From: Candidatus Methylomirabilota bacterium
GTDB lineage: Bacteria; Verrucomicrobiota; Verrucomicrobiia; Limisphaerales; UBA11358
Direction of reading: 5' to 3'
Assembly (NCBI GenBank): GCA_035644195.1
Contig: DASQOZ010000030.1
Coordinates: 3,767-67,766, forward strand
Length of the DNA stretch: 64,000 bases
In this document: positions 59,388-64,000 of the stretch, one piece after another
Position numbering within the stretch: the first letter of the stretch is position 1
How the letters are laid out: each line of letters opens with the position of its first letter
Program-made: the position numbers and the translations under genes
The notes under the pieces: generated by a model
What the model was told of the DNA's origin: nothing
Seen by the model: the letters and a program-made list of their open reading frames with translations, nothing else
Database searches by the model: none

Positions 59388-60872
59388 ATGAAAATCACGA
59401 CGACAAGAAATGTTTCCCCACCTAAATTCACAGTCACTTTCGCGCGCGTAATAGTTGTTGCGAGTATTTTATTTGCAATTGCGGTCAACGCAATTGCCCA
59501 ATTACCACCGGGCGCGAAAACCAATGCAACACCATATATGCCGTTGGATTCATGGACATTTTACGACAATACCAATTGGACAAACGATAAGGGTTACGCG
59601 CCTGTTTCATTCACAAACTTGGATTTTTCAAATCTTGGGGATGGTCGTTCGCTCGTCGTGGACAGCGACGATCCGGCGTGGTTGCAATACAACGTCGTTG
59701 AAACAAATGGCACGAATAATCTGACTGTTGATACTGGCAGTGTGACATTTTGGTTTGCGCCGGATTGGGACAGCGTCAGCGCGGGCGGAACTGGTCCGGG
59801 GGTTGCAGGTCGTTTGCTCGAAGTCGGCGGTTACACGTCTGATTCAAGTTTCGGCTGGTGGAGTCTTTATTTCGACGAAAATGGCGACAATATTTATTTT
59901 TCAGCGCAGACCAACGATCTTTCAAGCACGGCAACGACTTACCTTTCAGCGCCGATAACGTGGACAACGTTTTACTGGCATTTCATTACGTTAACGTATT
60001 GCCCGACAAATACCGCGTTATATTTGGATGGCTCGCTCGTGACGAACGGCTTGCCGCTTACCGTTTATCCGGGCACGGACGTTTTGAGCAACAGCTTTTT
60101 TATTGGCAGTGACAGCAACGGCGTCGCCCAAGCACACGGAATGTTCAACAGCATCTACACCTATGGCGTCCCGCTGGACGCAAACACCGTTCAAAGCATT
60201 TACAATTACGGTTCCATGATTTACTGGATGAATCCCGTCAATTCAAAATATATGAGTCGTTTTGCATCTGCGAATTCGACTCCTTCCAGTTCAACGAATT
60301 ATTATCAGGCAATTTCAGGAATTGGAAGTTTGCAACTTGTTGGCGCAGCTTCAAGTTGTGTGACGAGCACGAATGTTTGGCTGACAAATCTTGTTTCGAC
60401 CATTGCAGCGAACGGAACAGTCAGCGTGATGTTCACAATTGAGGGCGGCTCGGATGGTGTTCCGTATGACGTTTTTGCAAATTCGATTTTGGCATTTGGA
60501 ACAAACGGTTTTCCATGGACTTGGATGGGACAGGGCTATCACTGCAACACTTATATTCTGACAAACTTGCCAAGCGGCTGTTTTCTAATTTTAGGGACGC
60601 CACAAGACAGCGACGGCGATGGCTTGACGGATGCCTTCGAATTGTTGGATTCAAAAACCGATCCGAACAATGCTTACTCGAATCTTGACGGGTTGCTGGA
60701 CAGTTGGGAAGTGCTGCTTGGACTGAACCCAAAACAAAGCAATTTTAACAATCCTGCCGTGAGGTCGAATTATTCTTACGATTCAGCAGATTGGCTTGAA
60801 GGATTGTCAGGAGTGCGAAGCGGCGCAATTAGTTTGGACGCCGAAGGCAACGTCACCCAAGTTTCACAATAA
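59388..60872 (+). CDS. Secreted LamG/ConA-like protein with DSDGDG repeat and terminal YD-like unit
   Basis: Signal peptide; GSVTFWF, WHFITLTY, LYLDG; DSDGDGLTD; C-terminal YSYDSADWL...LDAEGNV. Confidence 0.8.
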   Translation: MKITTTRNVSPPKFTVTFARVIVVASILFAIAVNAIAQLPPGAKTNATPYMPLDSWTFYDNTNWTNDKGYAPVSFTNLDFSNLGDGRSLVVDSDDPAWLQYNVVETNGTNNLTVDTGSVTFWFAPDWDSVSAGGTGPGVAGRLLEVGGYTSDSSFGWWSLYFDENGDNIYFSAQTNDLSSTATTYLSAPITWTTFYWHFITLTYCPTNTALYLDGSLVTNGLPLTVYPGTDVLSNSFFIGSDSNGVAQAHGMFNSIYTYGVPLDANTVQSIYNYGSMIYWMNPVNSKYMSRFASANSTPSSSTNYYQAISGIGSLQLVGAASSCVTSTNVWLTNLVSTIAANGTVSVMFTIEGGSDGVPYDVFANSILAFGTNGFPWTWMGQGYHCNTYILTNLPSGCFLILGTPQDSDGDGLTDAFELLDSKTDPNNAYSNLDGLLDSWEVLLGLNPKQSNFNNPAVRSNYSYDSADWLEGLSGVRSGAISLDAEGNVTQVSQ

Positions 60873-60888
60873 TCACGAAGGATAAAAA

Positions 60889-63800
60889 ATGAAAACTCTG
60901 CGATTTTTAATTTTAGGGATGCTGGCAATGGTAAACATTTGTCAGGCGCAAGATGACGGTCCCACTACTACGAATGGAGGGTGGTGGTCAATTCAAGGCA
61001 TTATTGATTCTGGAATGACCAATAGCACACCCGATGACAGCGACACCAACACAGTTCAAGTCAGAATGAATTTCGTGGAGCAACTTGCGCCGACACCGCC
61101 ACAAATTGCCGAAGTCGTTACCCCTGATATTCAAGCATTGGCTGATGGTTTGCAGGATGACCCGCTGAAAATTTTCAGCTACGTTCATGACCATATTCGC
61201 TATGTTCCTTATTTCGGTTCAAAGAAGGGCGCGAATCTGACGTTATTGGAAAAAAGCGGTAACGATTTTGACCAATGCGCCTTACTTGTCGCATTGCTTC
61301 GAGCGGCAGGTTACAGCGACGCAAGTTATCAATTTGGTTGGATGCTGTTGCCGTATGATAATTCTGATGGAAGCGATCGCGATATTCATCATTGGTTTAA
61401 TCTGGATGCGACGAATAGCAATTGGTCGGCAACGACCGACCTTCTGGATAACATGCTTCAAACATTGCGTGGTTATCCAATTACCGCGCACAATTGGGGT
61501 AATAACGTTTACGGATTACAGCGTGTTTGGGTTACAGTCACAGTTGGGGGAACGAATTGCAGCCTTGATCCATCGTTCAAAGTGACAGAGCGAATTTCCG
61601 GCGTTGATTTACCTGCTGCAATGGGATTTAGCGTCAGCGGATTGACCAACGGTGTTGGCGGTCTTGTTGTCGGGAACGCAGCCACCAATTTTTATACAAC
61701 AAACATACTTGAAGCGCCTCTTCGTAGCAATTTGGCAAACTACACCGCAAACCTTCTTAACTACATTAAGAGTAATTATCCCAATGCGAGTGTCGAACAA
61801 ATTTTAAGCGGCGAATACATCGTTCCTTCGACAAATACATTGTTGAGCCAATGTTTTCCTTTTCAGCCAACGAATTGGAACGGCACGATGCCGGTTATCA
61901 GTTGGATTAACGAGCCGACCAACATGATGGCAACTTTCGCAATCAGCTACGGCTCTGCAAAATATCAATGGTTCATGCCGCAGTTGCAGGGTCAACGAAT
62001 TTCATTAACTGTCAGTTCTGGAGGTTCTGCGCAGCTTTGGCAGGAAGAATCAAACATAGCAACTGCAAGCACAGGAGGCGGCACGGGCTCTTTCGGGGTA
62101 ACTATGACAGCCTACTATCCGGGTTTTCAGAGCAGTTGGAACACAACTTCAAATACGTTCATCCCTGGCGGTCCTGGCCAACCGTGGGAATCAGCGACCA
62201 CAGGTTACCGAAGTGCTAACGCCAACTATACCATTTTATATGCGTTTGAACCGGACGATTGGGGATGGCTGCGCGAACGTCAGAACAAATTGGATGCTTA
62301 CTTGGCGCAAGGTTTGACCAATGGCACACGGCAAGTAACGACCGAAACATTGAATGTAATGGGACTCAATTGGCAGATACAGGTGGAACTGCTAAATCGA
62401 ATCGTGGCGCGGCGAGCTGGTGTCTCACCAATGTTTTATCATCGCATAGGACGCATGGGCCAAGAAACCGGACACGGTTATTACGTAGATGTATTTTGGG
62501 GAGTGCAAGCTTCCTCTTCCAGTTCAAATAAAAACGATGACCACGTTGTTCGATGGTTCGACCAATGGTGTTATGTCGGAAGCGCAATGGAACATGGACT
62601 GATTGAACAACAGCAATCAACCAATCTAGTCGCTGGCTCAACAGTGAAAATGTTGGAGTTAGCCAACACGAATCATCAGGCAATTTATTTTGCAGACAGC
62701 ACGAATTGGGCAACTGTCCAATTGAAATTATCGAATTACACAATAAGTGATTTGACCGCTCTCATCAACAGAGGCTTTCAGCTTTTTTTACCACAGAACG
62801 GAAGCTTTGCAATTTCTGGAGCGAGCAGCCCTTGGAACGGCTACGGATTCATTGCGCGAGTCCCGGGGGCTGGCGGCACACAAATGGCCATTGGCCCCGG
62901 CATTTATGGCGGTTATGCCGGAGATTTGGGCGCATCGATAGATACGGGTTGGGTTAATTATTCTTCATACTCCCAGCCACTTTATTTCAACTCATCGCCG
63001 GTATCCGTTCCAAACATTACTGCTGCCGATCCGGTGAATATGGCGGACGGCACATTTCAAGTGCAGGAGACCGATATATCTTTAGGGCAAACCGAGCCGC
63101 GCGGTTTAAGTTTTTCTCGGTATTACAGTAGCAGCCGTCGCAACAGCAACATCGCTGGCATTGCTCCGGGTTGGCTTCACAATTACTACATTAACGCTGC
63201 TACGATTAGTTCGCCGCAGGCCATGTTAGGTGGAACGACGCCAGCGCAGATGGCTTCATTGACAGTCGCGACTACTGTCATCAGTGGGTTTTATGTCCCT
63301 GAACCGCCCGACCCAAAAAATTGGGTAATTACAGCTTTAGTTGCAAAATGGGGCATTGACCAACTGACGGCCAAAGCAGTTTCAATCACTCTCGGCAACA
63401 GCGTGTATCAATTTATTCAGCAACCGGACGGCAGTTACACGCCACCCGCAAATTGCACCATGACATTGTCGAAAACGAACGGTGCTTATTCGTTGCAAGA
63501 AAGGCACGGTCGCACTTTCAAATTTAACGGTTCGGGTTGGGGAACAAACATTGTTGACCAATATGGCAACTCTTTGAACATCGGTTACAACACAAGTAAT
63601 TGGGTCTCTAGCGTAACCGACTGGAAAGGCCATTCGCTTACTTTCAATTACAGCGCAACGTCGCCGAAACATCTGACTTCTGTGGCCGAAAGCACAGGTC
63701 GAACAATTGGATTTGGTTACAGCAGCAGTAATGATTTGGTTTCCGTCACCGACCCTGAAAGCAAAACTAATAAATATGTTTATGACACGAATCACCAAAT

Positions 63801-64000
63801 CACAGCCGCCATCAATGCGGCTGGACAATTGGTAGCCAGCAATATCTTCAATAGTTTTGGTCGTGTCACGACTCAATACACGCAAGGCGACACAAACAAG
63901 ACGTGGAAAATTTTTTGGTCGGGCTGGCAAACCGTTGAACAAGACCCCGCAGGTAGCCAACAAATATATTTTTATGACGACAAAACGCGTCAGACAGGAT
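60889..64000 (+). CDS. RHS/YD-repeat protein with signal peptide, inactive transglutaminase-like domain and DUF6531 (partial)
   Basis: Manual translation, no stop seen before the window end: MKTLRFLILGMLAMVNICQA; GSKKGA..TL...GNDFDQ..LL.ALLRAAG; LDPSFK; DPVNMADG; VTDPESKT.KYVYD. Confidence 0.9.
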   Translation, partial: MKTLRFLILGMLAMVNICQAQDDGPTTTNGGWWSIQGIIDSGMTNSTPDDSDTNTVQVRMNFVEQLAPTPPQIAEVVTPDIQALADGLQDDPLKIFSYVHDHIRYVPYFGSKKGANLTLLEKSGNDFDQCALLVALLRAAGYSDASYQFGWMLLPYDNSDGSDRDIHHWFNLDATNSNWSATTDLLDNMLQTLRGYPITAHNWGNNVYGLQRVWVTVTVGGTNCSLDPSFKVTERISGVDLPAAMGFSVSGLTNGVGGLVVGNAATNFYTTNILEAPLRSNLANYTANLLNYIKSNYPNASVEQILSGEYIVPSTNTLLSQCFPFQPTNWNGTMPVISWINEPTNMMATFAISYGSAKYQWFMPQLQGQRISLTVSSGGSAQLWQEESNIATASTGGGTGSFGVTMTAYYPGFQSSWNTTSNTFIPGGPGQPWESATTGYRSANANYTILYAFEPDDWGWLRERQNKLDAYLAQGLTNGTRQVTTETLNVMGLNWQIQVELLNRIVARRAGVSPMFYHRIGRMGQETGHGYYVDVFWGVQASSSSSNKNDDHVVRWFDQWCYVGSAMEHGLIEQQQSTNLVAGSTVKMLELANTNHQAIYFADSTNWATVQLKLSNYTISDLTALINRGFQLFLPQNGSFAISGASSPWNGYGFIARVPGAGGTQMAIGPGIYGGYAGDLGASIDTGWVNYSSYSQPLYFNSSPVSVPNITAADPVNMADGTFQVQETDISLGQTEPRGLSFSRYYSSSRRNSNIAGIAPGWLHNYYINAATISSPQAMLGGTTPAQMASLTVATTVISGFYVPEPPDPKNWVITALVAKWGIDQLTAKAVSITLGNSVYQFIQQPDGSYTPPANCTMTLSKTNGAYSLQERHGRTFKFNGSGWGTNIVDQYGNSLNIGYNTSNWVSSVTDWKGHSLTFNYSATSPKHLTSVAESTGRTIGFGYSSSNDLVSVTDPESKTNKYVYDTNHQITAAINAAGQLVASNIFNSFGRVTTQYTQGDTNKTWKIFWSGWQTVEQDPAGSQQIYFYDDKTRQTG

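Larger units (their letters stand above)
57214..64000. mobile_element. Probable genomic island integrated at tRNA-Arg(CCT), extending beyond the window
   Basis: Broken tRNA, AT-rich segment with GGTATCA direct repeats (57363, 57375), gene fragments, RHS locus, lower GC; no integrase in the window. Confidence 0.6.

Noticed and set aside
1..64000. CRISPR array, integron or DGR
   Set aside because: The repeats are dispersed palindromes or 7-mers with no repeat-spacer periodicity; no cas, integrase or reverse transcriptase was seen

Overview
Bacterial chromosomal window. Gene content (DUF1559/H-X9-DG prepilins, Gloeo/Verruco-type repeat protein, alpha2-type GlyRS) suggests Verrucomicrobiota subdivision 3; this is an inference. 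Positions 1-57 kb are a housekeeping backbone (DAHP synthase, rsmD, obgE, rplU-rpmA, mazG, proB, clpP/clpX, thiL-tsaE-tsaB, leuB, tadA, glyQS, infC, a Gld-like ABC operon, priA, ruvC/ruvA). It is interrupted by toxin-antitoxin pairs, orphan AT-rich genes, gene remnants and pilin-like genes. From about 57.2 kb a probable genomic island begins at a broken tRNA-Arg(CCT). The island carries its own intact tRNA-Arg(CCT), gene fragments, an XRE regulator and a Sec-signal RHS/YD locus that runs off the window. Best leads: (1) a PhcB/PhcS/PhcR-like lipid quorum-sensing cassette linked to an alpha/beta hydrolase, FadL and an apparently catalytically dead SGNH protein; (2) many families of palindromic elements and heptamer arrays inserted in frame in conserved proteins; (3) a tRNA gene replaced rather than restored by an integrating element; (4) a brnTA cassette between two synonymously diverged copies of the clpX 5' end; (5) strong Thr-Asn enrichment in exported proteins; (6) a leaderless-mRNA signature. 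All assignments come from motif recognition by eye; no searches were run.
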